Shown here piece after piece: positions 1 through 11,735 of a DNA stretch of 64,000 nucleotides. Origin of the DNA: Eledone cirrhosa (taxonomy: Eukaryota); NCBI GenBank assembly GCA_964016885.1, contig OZ024743.1:161386001-161450000 (forward strand), read 5' to 3'. Each line of letters opens with the position of its first letter. Within the stretch, counting starts at the first letter, position 1. The notes beneath the pieces are model-generated. The model ran no database searches. It was not told the DNA's origin and saw only the letters and a list, made by a program, of their open reading frames with translations. Position numbers and translations under genes: made by a program.

Positions 1-482
<482 letters not shown>

Positions 483-799
483 ATAACTAAGTTGCTTATC
501 TGTAAGAGTCGCATTGCCACAATTCATTGATAAACTGGTATAAGCAAGTAAGAGGGCTCCACATCAGTTGTATATATCCACCATTACAATGGCAATCAAA
601 TGCTACAGAGTTTTTATATATGAATTAATGTTATGCAAGATGTTACATAATCGTATTTATTGTATAATACATATTTCAGTGACACTAGTGTGCAGCCATT
701 ATGCAATCATGACAATAGCAACAGGCACCGGTGAGATATCATCAGATATTAACACAATTATGTGAAGAAGTTAACATGCTGCTGGCAAATGCTTCCATG

Positions 800-2100
800 T
801 TTGCAAAAGTCCAGTGAACATATTACTTGGCAATAATTTTTTCTTCCTTTAGTTTTTATGTGGTATTGGTGGATTCCATAAACTCTAGGATTTGTTGATT
901 AATTTAAAATAAGGCACACTTATTTTCTCACTTAGGCATACAGACTTAATCCAGGAAGAAATAAATGTCATTCATATGGTAAGGAAGACACTGATTAGAT
1001 GTAAGGACGACATTTGGATAAGAAAGGGTTAGCTGGACAATTTCCATATCACAATGGTGTCCAGCAACTCAGCTCAGGTGACTAACTGAGTAGGCATATA
1101 AATTCTGAAAAAACTGATGAAAAAGATTCTGGTCCTCTGTGGGGAACTATTGCGATGATGCCCTGTTAACATTACTCAACCATAATAGAAGTTTGCTAGA
1201 AAGAATGAAGAAGAAACAAATTAATTTTTCAAAAATGATGTAGAATTCGATAGGAACAGGAAAATAGTAGACTTCTCAGATGTAACCCTCAACTTAGAAT
1301 CTGGTCTACACTACCCTTATCTTAAGCCAAATGAAAATCTAAAATATTTTAATGCAAATCAAACCACTGCAAGTCTTTTGTTAAATGCATCATAAATAGC
1401 ATCTCCAGGATGATTTCTTCACTGTTGGCGAACCAGGAAATATTTGAAAACAATGCAATAATAGTGCCCTGACTAGAACAGGCTACAGAGAGAGGATTAG
1501 ATATATATATATATATATAAGCATGATAGGGACATGGCTAAAGGAAATGGCACTATAAACAATATTAACGTTCAGAAGAACCCAGTTAGAACAGTGGATG
1601 GAGCTACACCACCCATCCTAGGCTACACAATGCACCCCCACCACTACACACGCACATAGTTGTAAGAACCACTAGGATAAATAAAAATCAGGAAAGAAGC
1701 CAAATTAAAACTAGCCCTAGTCTACCTAGAAGTGACAGGTGATGGAAAACTGTAAATGTAGAAATAATAGCAGATACTGTCAAAGGTGGAACCCATCTAG
1801 CGACTAGGAGCCTGAATCTGGAGAAGAAAACATAGGTAAACTACAAATGGACAAAAATGTATTGACACAGGATAGCCAAATAACAGATAGGACTATTGAA
1901 ACACATAGGCAAAGACAAATGACCACCAGGATGGATTACCACATGACTTCCCTCAAACTGATGGTCACATGAGCTCTAAATCAAGCACTTCTAGATCACA
2001 GCAGCACTTTAAACACAAACTAAGCCTGAATCCACTTAATAACAACACCATGGACCACAGAACAAAGCCTAATGTAGACCTTTAAGATAGACATAATAAT
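800..2100 (+). mobile_element. Penelope-like element (PLE) RT remnant, piece 1 of 3
   Basis: Degenerate translations FHITMVSSNSAQVTN*VGI*IL (~1043), YCDDAL (~1148), KIVDFSDVTLNLESGLHYPYLKPNENLKY (~1261) and ISRMISSLLANQEIFENNA match PLE RT motifs FDVTMGSYDGAEVCELVG / YRDDGL / VNFLDVTL..YKPN. The 1520-2100 part is assigned by position only. Confidence 0.8.
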
Positions 2101-2104
2101 TTTA

Positions 2105-2858
2105 ATCATCATCCTCATCATTTTACGTCCGCTTTTTCCTGCTTACTAGTGTGGGACGGGTCCTATTCAGCACACCATCTCTCCATTCGTCACGGTCCTT
2201 TGTCATCTCCCTCGTGAGCTTCAGCGATCTGAGATCAGCTCTCACCACCTCCGCCCATGTTTTGTGTGGTCTTCCTCTACTGCGTCTCCTTCTACTGGGA
2301 ATTTTTTGGCACTTCTCTACCCAGCGGTCATCCTCCAAGCACATCACATGTCCATACCAATGCAGTCTTCTCTCCCACACACTATAACTTATCCCTCTTA
2401 TACACAGTTTCTCTCTCAACTCATCTATGCTTGGTCGTTCACACACATTGACATCTACTGCATATGTAGTTTTCCCTACCTGTTAGTTTGCCTGCTATCC
2501 CACTACATCTCTTGTGTACCCAAGATCTGCATTGTGTACATTTTATAGAATTTATACCAACTCCTTTTCTACATATCGAACAGGGTCATTTCCCTGATGG
2601 ACTCAGAGTTTTGTCCTCTCTTCTACTTATCAACACTTTAGTCTTAGCTAGGTTCACTCTCAGTTCTCTTGATTCCAACTGCTGTTTCCATAGCCAGAAT
2701 TTATTCCCTAGCTTCTCTACTGATTCTGCTATAAGTACCAGATCGTCAGCATAGAGAAGTTCCAATGGGCAGCCAGTCTTAAACTCCTCTGTTATGGCTT
2801 GGAGGACTATAATGAACAAGAGTGGGCTGAGGACCAAACCCTGATGTACTCCTACTTT
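2105..2858 (-). mobile_element. RTE-clade LINE, 5'-truncated, with (GAT)n tail
   Basis: KVGVHQGLVLSPLLF, ELLYADDLVLIAES, RRLHWYGHV, RGRPHKTW; (cat)n tail at 2105-2121. Confidence 0.92.
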
Positions 2859-3062
2859 AATAATGAAAAATAAGGACCCAACCCAACACAAGGAGGGGAA
2901 TTTGATCTTGTGATCATGTGTGGTATAATCTTCCATATTGTGCTGGATTAAGCAATAATTTTTGTCAGGGAACTTGACAGATGCCTCCCAGAGCAACATA
3001 GCTATCATATGATATTCAATAGAAACACAGTGAAGCTATTTTACTCCATGACTAGGAATTTA
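2859..3062 (+). mobile_element. PLE remnant, piece 2 (RT-endonuclease linker)
   Basis: WYNLPY...LDRCLPEQHSYHMIFNRNTVKLFYSMTRNL matches PLE linker WFNPPY...HFP..H.LHKIFNRNTVKVSYSCMPN. Confidence 0.85.
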
Positions 3063-5143
3063 GTACAGTCCCAACATAGCTTAGTTGTCAGAACTAGACG
3101 AACCTGGAAACAGAAGCCAACCTGGAGAAGAAAGATCTGGAAGCTGAAAGACCCCTCAGTCAGTAACAGATTTAAAGATATTTTACTCAACTCCTATGAC
3201 AGTAAAGAAGAAATGATAGAGACATTCAATGTAGAAGAGCACTGGGAGTTCCTAAAAAATAACTTACTAAAGGCGACGGATAAGATCTGTGGCTGGAGTA
3301 AGACCACAGGCAGGGGGAGAGTGACTTGGTGGTGGAACAGGAGGTGTTCAAGATTGCGAGGCAGTGAGTCAGAGAGAATTGTGATGTCATTGGAAAGAAG
3401 TGTATCCTGAATGATAAAGGTGAGCTTGCCCTCACAAGTGCTGAGAAGAAAGATGTGTGGAAGAGCCATTATGATAGATTACTAAATGAGGAGAATGCAT
3501 GGGAAAAAGAGACCCTATAGAGGGGCCAGCAGTACAAGTCAGCAGCAGCGTGGTAAGTAAGGCAATCAAAGATATGAAGACGGGGAAGGCAACCGGACCA
3601 TCAGGTATAGCTGCTGAGATGCTGAAGGCATCTGGGTCAGTAGGTCACACTATAACCATACGTATTGTTAACCAGGTAATACTAGAAGGTGTCATACCAA
3701 AGGATTGGTGCAGTAGCATCATTGTCAACTGCTACAAAGGTAAAGGTGATGCACTAGATAGAGGAAACTGAAAGTAACAGAAAGAGTTATAGCACAGTTG
3801 ATTAGGGGCCAGGTGAAACTAGATGAGATGCAATTTGGGTTTGTGCCAGGAAGAGGAACCACTGATACCCTCTTCATTGTGAGGCAGTTACAAGAAAAGT
3901 ACCTAGCTAAAAGTAAGCCGCTCTACTTGGCATTTGTCGATCTCGAGAAAGCCTTTGACAGAGTTCCACGTGCTATAATCTGGTGGGCTCTTAGAAAACT
4001 AGGAGTAGATGAATGGCTTGTGAAAGCTGTACAAGCCATGTATAGGGGAGCAGTCAGCAAAGTTAGGATTAGCAATGACTATAGCAAGGAATTTAGTGTA
4101 CAGGTCAGTGTCCACCAGGGCTCTGTACTTAACCCTCTCCTGTTCATCATAGTTCTGCAGGAAATAATGGAGGAGTTTAAAACTGGATGCCCATGGGAAC
4201 TCCTGTATACAGATGACCTCACACTTATAGCTGAATCTATGGTAGAACTAGAGAAGAAATTCCAAATTTGGAAGCAGGGACTAGAAAGAAAGGGTCTCAA
4301 AGTCAACCTGACAAAGACTAAGGTCCTTGTAAGTAGACGAGAAAACAGAACCCAGATCCCCTCAGGGAAATGGTCTTGCTCAGTATGTAGGAAAGGTGTA
4401 GGTAGGAACTCCATTCTCTGCCCCAAATGCAAACAATGGGTACACAAGAGATGTAGCGGGATCTCAGGAAGCTTAATTAAGAATGTAGGCTTCACATGCA
4501 GCAGCTGTGCTGGGACAGCAAGCAGCAAACAGTCACAGGAAACAAGTACCACCAAACTCTGGGAGGGTTCTGTAGAAACAGTAGACAGCTTCTGCTACCT
4601 AGGTGACCAAATTAGCAGCGGAAGTGGATGTTCGGAAAGTACAATAACTAGGGTAAGAACGGCTTTTCCCTCAAAATGAAAGGCAGACTGTATGATGCAT
4701 GTATACAAACAGCAATGTTACATGGTAGTGAGACCTGGGTGCTGTCTGTGGAAGACTTGCGTAGATTAGAAAGAGCGAAGCCTGCATGCTCCGATGGATG
4801 TGTAATAGTAATATACGCGAACGACAAGGCATAAATGAATTGAGAGAGAGACTGAGCATAAGAGGAATCAAATGCTGTGTGCAGGAGAGGCGGTTGCGTT
4901 GGTATGGACATGTGATGCGTATGAAGGATGACAGCTGCATAAAAAGGTGCAGAGCACTAGAGGTCGATGGAAACCGCGGAGTGGGGAGACCCAAGAAGAC
5001 CTGGGATGAGGTGATAAAGGCCGACCTTACTCGTATGAGCAAGGTATGGTCAGCCGACCGGACACTGCCCACAACAGGACAACCCGTCTAACCCATGCTA
5101 GCATGGACGAACGGACGTAAAATGGTGACGATGATGATGATGA
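3063..5143 (+). mobile_element. RTE-clade LINE, 5'-truncated, internally deleted, (GAT)n tail
   Basis: ORF 3798-4679 contains QFGFVPGRGTTD, AFVDLEKAFDRV, HQGSVLNPLLF, YTDD and DSFCYLG; C-terminal RRLRWYGHVMR..GRPKKTW; gatgatgatgatga tail. Confidence 0.95.
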
Positions 5144-5144
5144 A

Positions 5145-5700
5145 CATAGGTGCTATCAACTGCAGTAGACTAGTGAAAGTACAGTGATGGAAGTAGTAGA
5201 ATAGAGGAATCCTTAATATTGAACTGACCTCGCACCCCAATTCTACATACTGCCCAGCAAAGAAACCAAGCTGCCAGTTAAACTGCAGATAAACCCCCCC
5301 TCCCCCCATTTTAACAGACTATGTAGTAGGAATCCAGAGTTATGCCTCTAGAGAGTGAATGTCTTAGTAAAAATATTTATGAATGCAAGGGTAGCACTAG
5401 GAGCAAAATATATTCATATGTGGGAACCAGCAACAAGGTTTAAGGAAAGGTGGTATAACTGCTGTCACACATTTAAAAGAATAAATAAGAAAAATAATAC
5501 AGCTCTCTCGGAACTAATGTGGAGACTTATAGTAAGTAACATTCCCTTACAGGGGTGCTTCCAATGAATGTAAATTGTGTACTGCCAGTGTCATGGAAAT
5601 AATAATGAGAAGGTCACTAGTAATTGATAGAAGAATTAATATATTCAGTACCTGCCCTCATAGACAGGCCAAAACATTCCTTAAACCATTGTTAGTTTAT
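5145..5700 (+). mobile_element. PLE remnant, piece 3 (GIY-YIG endonuclease)
   Basis: CSRNPELC..ECLSKNIYEC..YVG..RFKERWYN..TFKRINKKNNTALSELMWRL..CKLC..IFSTCPHR matches the PLE GIY-YIG C-terminus. Confidence 0.82.
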
Positions 5701-5952
5701 TAGTGGCTCAGAGACAGGAGCCATGGAAGTATCATGCTACAATGTAGTATACTACAGCCTAGAGCTTTGATAGGGTAAATTATATAAATCACATAAATAA
5801 CTTGGCAGATCACTAATCCTAGGGCTCTAGTTACTGAAAACCACAGCTTTACTTTTATGGAGACCCTATTTCTTGTGTCATGGATAAGTATTTGGATTGA
5901 TAGGTACAATATTAAAGACATTTGATGTCATATTGCACACACATTATTACAA

Positions 5953-6185
5953 GGGCGGTGGATTGGCAGTATTGGTAGAGAGTCGGACACCATGCCTTGC
6001 AGCATAGAGTTACGGTCCTTTATGGTTTGAGTTCAAATCCCACCGAGGTTAACTCTGCCTTTCATCCTTACGGGTTCGATAAAATAAAGTACCAGTAATG
6101 CACTGACTAATTGTTGGCCTTGTGCCAAAAGTAGAAACAATTATTACATGTGATGGCTTTGTGCCAAAAGTAGAAACAATTATTA
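5953..6185 (+). mobile_element. tRNA-headed SINE (family A), with duplicated tail
   Basis: A-box-like ggattggcagtattgg, B-box gagttcaaatccc, core gttaactctgcctttcatccttacgggttcgataaaataaagtaccag, tail ttgtgccaaaagtagaaacaattatta twice; multiple copies in the window. Confidence 0.88.
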
Positions 6186-6626
6186 CATATGTGAATCATA
6201 CTTGCTTTTTGGAATTGTATGCATGGTATTATATGTATGATATTATATATATACAATATTCTTTACACATGTAAGACTTTTATGGATAGATTAACAAACT
6301 TTTGTTAGAACGTCTGGAAGGGAATTATTTTTAAAAGTTTTTTTTAATCTATTTTTTAAAGTTGTTTTTAATGGCATTTTTGGAATTTTTTTTTTAAATA
6401 CTTTCGAGCAGCCTTCCTCTATGCTATTTACTCTATACCTTTCTCTATCTATTTTTGCATTATTTTATTTTTACTTTTATTTTTATTTTATCCACTTCAT
6501 TGATTTATGTTATTTCATTCTATGTCCCTCTATATATTTGTAATTTAGACTATCAGTTTAATACATTCCTTTAAATAATCCCACAAATACCCCTAAATAA
6601 TTGTATATTCTCTATATTACCTCTAT

Positions 6627-6915
6627 TCATCATCACCATCATCATTTATCGTCCATTTTCCACGTTAGCATGGATTGGATGAGTTGCATTATTGTGAGAT
6701 AAGCCAGACCAGATGGCCATGTCTTGCTCCTACAGAACTTGTTTTGGCTTGGTTTCTATTGCTGGATGCCCTTCCTAAAACCAACCACATTAACAGTGTG
6801 TGCTGGGTACTTTTTGTCATGACACCACAACCATTTTACAGTGTGGGCTGGAGACTTGGGTGGGGGAGGTGGGGGAGGATTGTGGAGGTATATATAGGGG
6901 CGTGTGTGAAGGGCT
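6627..6915 (-). mobile_element. RTE-type 3' UTR/tail fragment
   Basis: (cat)n followed by gtccattttccacgttagcatgg...gctggatgcccttcctaa, shared with the RTE 3' ends. Confidence 0.75.
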
Positions 6916-7018
6916 GAGTATTATTATGATTAGTACTATTTTATTTTATACTTTTTATTTTTAATGTATATGTAGCTGATCTCTCAGATTTATATGAAAC
7001 GCTAAGGGGATAAAGTTT

Positions 7019-7193
7019 ATATAAAGAGTGGTGTACTTATGTGTGGAGATGCTTTAAAAAGGGTGAAGACCCCTGAAGAAAAACAAGTTCCCATCGGCCG
7101 GTGGCAACATCTTTTTCTGTCTTTAAGAGTCTTCATGCTTTATTATAAGCTATTTCATAGCATCTCCCCACATGAGCACACCACTCTTTATAT
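7019..7193. repeat. Imperfect palindrome (foldback element)
   Basis: atataaagagtggtgtacttatgtgtggagatgct pairs with agcatctccccacatgagcacaccactctttatat; centre gttcccatcggccggtggcaac is self-complementary. Confidence 0.9.
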
Positions 7194-7309
7194 TAATTTT
7201 TATTTTTATTTTATTTGTAGTGTCATCTTGTACCTAATTGCGGTTATTCTATCATTCTTTATTATTATTATTATTGGCCTTGTGCCAAAAGTAGAAACAA
7301 TTATTATTA

Positions 7310-7665
7310 TTGAATTATTTCACTTGGTTCTGTTCTGTTACTCTGTTGCTGGCTTCAAGCCTTTAACCTATGCTAATAGACGTTTTCATTGCAGAGAGAG
7401 CTCGTCTGAGAATGTGTGCTGTTTCTAGTAGCCCAATCTCCTGTACCTAATATTTACTGATTCTGCAGGGAAGGACACCAAGGTGCAGGTCTGCTGATTT
7501 AGGTATTAATGCTAGTGCCCCTATTACCATAGGGATAGTGTTTGTGATCATCCTCCAGATGTCTTTGGTCTCTATTTCTAGAGCTTTGTACTTTGACAGT
7601 TTTTCCATTATTTTTACAAATGTATTCTTGTTAGCTGGTTCAAACTACATGTCCTATCTGTTTAG
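7310..7665 (-). mobile_element. R4/Dong-like (RLE) LINE 3' fragment ending in (TAA)n
   Basis: Minus strand reads KLSKYKALEIETKDIWRMITNTIPMVIGAL, similar to 28490-28590; abuts (tat)n. Confidence 0.7.
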
Positions 7666-7769
7666 TTATTTTATGAAAAAGAGATGTTTGGGAGGATAAG
7701 GAAAAGGGAGACAGATAAGAGTAAAAATATAAGGGATATATATATATATAATATTGCCAGAATTAATAA

Positions 7770-8146
7770 CAGAACACACTCACTGTTTGGTTGGTTTTCG
7801 CTTCTCGCTATCTTTTATATCGGTAATCTAACTTACTCGGTCCTCAATGTTGCCATTGTCTGACCGACGGTCAAAAATAAGACAGATACAATTTAGACAC
7901 AAACACATATATATAGTTTATAATAAAATGGCGTAGACATACAACACAATATAACGCCACTGACGATGTTGCAGATGTGCAACGAAAGATTTATGATAAA
8001 CTATATATATGTGTTTGTGTCTATATTGTATCTGTATTATTTTTGACCGTCGGTCAGTCAATGGCAACATTGAGGACCGAGTAAGTTAGATTACCGATAT
8101 AAAAGACAGCGAGAAGCGAAAACCAACCAAACAGTGAGTGTGTTCT

Positions 8147-8147
<1 letters not shown>
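7770..8147. repeat. Long foldback element (~155-bp arms) embedded in (TA)n
   Basis: cagaacacactcactgtttggttggttttcgcttctcgct...atatagtttat (7770-~7927) is the reverse complement of ~7989-8147 with few mismatches. Confidence 0.97.
7916..8001 (+). ncRNA. Type III hammerhead ribozyme fold (cleavage triplet degenerate)
   Basis: Stem I tggcgt(7929-34)/acgcca(7954-59); CUGACGA 7960-66; extra U; stem II gttgca/tgcaac with GAUG loop; GAAA 7984-87; stem III continuous with the foldback arms. The NUH position reads AAA. Confidence 0.7.
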
Positions 8148-8180
<33 letters not shown>

Positions 8181-9534
8181 GAGAGAGAGAGAGAGAGAGA
8201 GAGAGGAGGGTCTTAATAAAGCACATTTGTTACATTAGATCACTAAGACAAGCCTTTAATATCTGAAAGAAGTAGAATTAGTGACAGTTTAATGAGGTAG
8301 TATGTTAAGTTATTGTTTGTCATGGAAGTTAACTGCTGAGCAAGGTAGCAGTAGTGATAATGACACTTCATTATCACAGTAGACAATACACAAAAATAAA
8401 TAGCAACCAGGAAAATAGCTTTAACATATAATTTGTAGTCACTGATAGTAGGAATTATTGGATTGTCCAAGCAAGAGATGATTAGCCATGCTGTCAGAAA
8501 GAAGCTAATGAAAAGATTAAATTAACCTTTAGTATCAATAGAAATATTGTTTGTTATAAAACTGCTTCACAATAAAGAAAGAAATGTTTGAGAGGTTTAA
8601 CTTTCTAACACATATTGTTATAAGATGTAATAAACAGGATTTGTATACTCCTCCACACATTTACACACTCACACTTGATGTTTGTAAATGTATTACAGAA
8701 GCAGCAACATCATCATCATCATCACAGTGAAGACTATTGGAAGTCCCTATCCGTTCATGGAATGCTCATCTGTTGATAGTCTAAGATCTTTTTCTCTCTC
8801 TCTCTCTCTCTGCACTTTAGCTTTAGTCCACTAAACTATCTGCAGGTGTTGGATGATAAAAAAGTTAGATGTTTTGAAACTAACAAGATGCTGCATCATT
8901 TAGCATTGGTCAGCCTGACTGTACAAATAGAATCACCTTCAAACCACACTATCACCACATCATTGTCATTATCATCATCTCCTTTATCATCATCATTGAT
9001 ACATATTTCTTTCAAATGATTTTCTCTTCTTCCACCTTCAATCATTCTGACTGTTTTTATTGTATGCTCTCTCAAGTTTGGTTTAATGTCATACTAGAAT
9101 GGTGCACACTGCTAAGTTATGTCAGCAACCCCATTAATGTCCTACACTATAGTAAGTGCAGAAATTACAAAAAAAATCAATATGTATTTTTCCCGTAAAC
9201 TGATCAATAACATCACAAGATTTTATTCATTTTTTCTTTTATTTTACCATCAGTTGTACATCAAAAGGTTTCAAGAATAGCATCAATTTCGTTGATCTGT
9301 TTGAATCATCCCTTACATCCCTTTCATCTAGAAATGTCTAATTTCAGGTGCACTATTTTAATTTTCCTTTAAAATAAACACATATTCATGAATGACAGCC
9401 TTCTTGGATATGTTAATCACAAAGCTCTGATAAGTTGATCAGTGCTTGAATTCTTTGTTTGAGGTCCTCCATTTTTCCTGACAAAATTTCTATTGAAATT
9501 GATTGTTACTCCAAAATCATACTCATTTGTTACT

Positions 9535-9735
9535 GTTTTTGCTTAACTCCAGATAAACCTTGATTGAACAAATCTATCATCCAAGTCATTTCAGCCATGT
9601 TCATCTCATCTTGTTAGAGGTATCATGACTAGCATTATTGAATGAATCTTGTATTTTTAAAGAATGTGATTTGAAACAGATTTGGCTGCAGATTCTAAAT
9701 ATTAGAGCAACCATGGAGAAGGTCTCTCAATGGCT
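9535..9735 (-). repeat. Old dispersed repeat (family B)
   Basis: Similar to copies at ~21595-21770, 27040-27175, 42205-42335, 48295-48450, 56510-56795 and 57470-57800 (motifs tagcagccaaat...gtcctagatacact...ggatggtcatggctggaatgcctttgatcatagg...gctaaacaac). Confidence 0.65.
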
Positions 9736-10000
9736 CAATTCTCTCTTATTGATAGAAATAGCATAGAAACACTAACAGACATTGACTACATTATCAAATA
9801 AAGAACAGAGGACCATATTTCACAAGTTTTTAAGATTTTCTGAATTTTATATTAGAGTGACTTGGATAGTTGGGTGTATTTTGTGTTTATAATTGTTAGG
9901 TATGTAATGGTTCTTTTTAATAGTAGGGCACTTCTATATAAATAAACTTCCTCATAGTATTTTTTCTGTACAAACTTTCATGCTAAAGTTGTAATAATTT

Positions 10001-10150
10001 AATAATTGTTCTACTTTTGGCACAAGGCCAGCAATTACCCTAGTGCATTACTGGTGCTTTATTTTATTGACCCCATAAGGATGAAAGGCAAAGCTAACCT
10101 CAGCAGGATTTGAACCTAGAACTTAATGGGTCATATGCTGCAAAGCATAG
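10001..10150 (-). mobile_element. SINE family A
   Basis: Reverse complement of the 5953 SINE core and tail. Confidence 0.85.
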
Positions 10151-10186
10151 TATTGTAACATGGTTGTGATGTTATTGACACACACA

Positions 10187-10187
<1 letters not shown>

Positions 10188-10217
<30 letters not shown>

Positions 10218-10660
10218 GTTTAACGTCCATCTTCCACGCTTGCATGGGTTTGGATGGGAGTTTTCCCACTTGAGGCAAGATTTGTTGTCCTGCTCGCATA
10301 GGACTGTCTGGTGGGTTTTCTACGGCTGGATGCCCTTCCTAACACCAACCACGTTTACAGTGTGGACTGGGAGGTTTTTACCGTGTTACCTACGCGGCCA
10401 CATTACAGTGTGGACTGTGTTTTTTTGTTGTGACACCTACACGACCTCATTTGTTTCGGACTGGATGTTGTGGTATCAACATAACTTTACATTGAAAGGG
10501 GTGGTGTAGATGGGGTGGGGTAGTGGGACGGGGGTGTATTTTTGTTAGAGGTGCCTACTGACTGTAGTAGGTTTCAATTTGTACTTAGGTAAGGCGGTCT
10601 TCTGTATTACTGTGTAGCGCCAAAGATCACGGTCCAGTGACATTGTCTTGGAGAGGTGTA
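10188..10660 (-). mobile_element. RTE LINE 3' end fragment
   Basis: (cat)n tail plus a 3' UTR nearly identical to 18612-19050 and 62880-63460; encodes SKTMSLDRDLWRY. Confidence 0.9.
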
Positions 10661-10683
10661 ACATATATATATATATATATACA

Positions 10684-11110
10684 CAAGGTTTGTCCCAAAA
10701 GTAAGGATACTGATGTTTTATTTAAATGTATATTAGATGTACATGAAATTATAAATTATCTCCTCAAAATACAATGAGGAAGTAATGCTATGCTTTCAAT
10801 GCTTTGTATGTTTTCCACAAATTATGACCCTTCAACTTCGATTTCAACTTAGGGAAGACGTAGAAATCACACAAGTCTAGATCTGAATTGTAGGGAGGAG
10901 GTAGGATAGTGAAAATCTTTTTCTTCACTAGAAATTCTCTAATTGAAAGTGTTGTGTGAGCAGGTGTATTATCGTGGTGCAGTACCCAATCTTTTGCAAC
11001 GTCCTTTCAGATTCATTGGACCCATTTTCAAAATCATTCCAAGACATCCTTACAGAATGATTACAATTTTTTTTGACAGTCGTGGCATTGTTCACAAAAA
11101 AGTTTTACCT
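10684..11110 (-). mobile_element. Mariner transposase remnant, internally inverted
   Basis: Minus strand: LHHDNTPAH (~10955-10982) and PPYNSDLDLCDFYVFPKLKSKLKG (~10826-10903). Plus strand: MITIFFDSRGIVHK (~11058-11100). TIR-like caaggtttgtcccaaaagtaagg next to (TA)n. Confidence 0.8.
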
Positions 11111-11111
11111 C

Positions 11112-11735
11112 CAGTACAATAACTAGGGTAAGAACGGGATGGAAGAAGTTCAGGGAGCTACTGCTACTGCTAGCTGCAAAAGGCTTTTCCCTCAAAATGA
11201 AAGGCAGACTGTATGATGCGTGTATAGGAACAGTAATGTTACATGGAAGTGAAACCTGGGCGCTGTCTGTAGAAGACTTGCGCTGATTAGAAAGAAACGA
11301 AGCTTGCATGCTCCGATGGATGTGTAATAGTAATATACATGAACGCCAAAGTATAAACAAATTGAGAGAGAGACAGAGCATAAGAGGAATCAAATGCTGT
11401 GTGCAGGAGAAGAGGTTACATTGGTATGGACATGTGATATGTATGAAGGATGACAGCTGCATAAAAAAGTGCAGAGCACTAGAAGTCGATGGAAGCAGCG
11501 GAGTGGGGAGACCCAAGAAGACCTGGGATGAGGTGATAAAGGCTGATCTTACCCAATTGCACCTCGCAAGGGCAATGACACACGACCGTGACCTCTGGCA
11601 TCACGCAGTAATACAGAAGACCTGACCCCCCACAGGAACAAGCCGAAGCTGAAGCATATAGACAATATGCCCCCCTCCCTCCCTCCCCCAGCCCACACTG
11701 TAAAGTGGACGTGTAGGCGCCATGGGAAAAAACAG
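11112..11735 (+). mobile_element. RTE LINE 3' fragment
   Basis: RVRTGWKKFRELL..GFSLKMKGRLYDAC..MLRWMC..RLHWYGHV..GRPKKTW (ORF 11308-11625). Confidence 0.92.

Noticed and set aside
2586-3410. ORFs 2586-3008(-) and 3009-3410(+) as genes
   Set aside because: Chimeric read-through across PLE/RTE insertion junctions.
4079-5072. Long antisense ORFs over RTE/maT copies (also 11061, 34819, 63656)
   Set aside because: Shadows of transposon coding strands.
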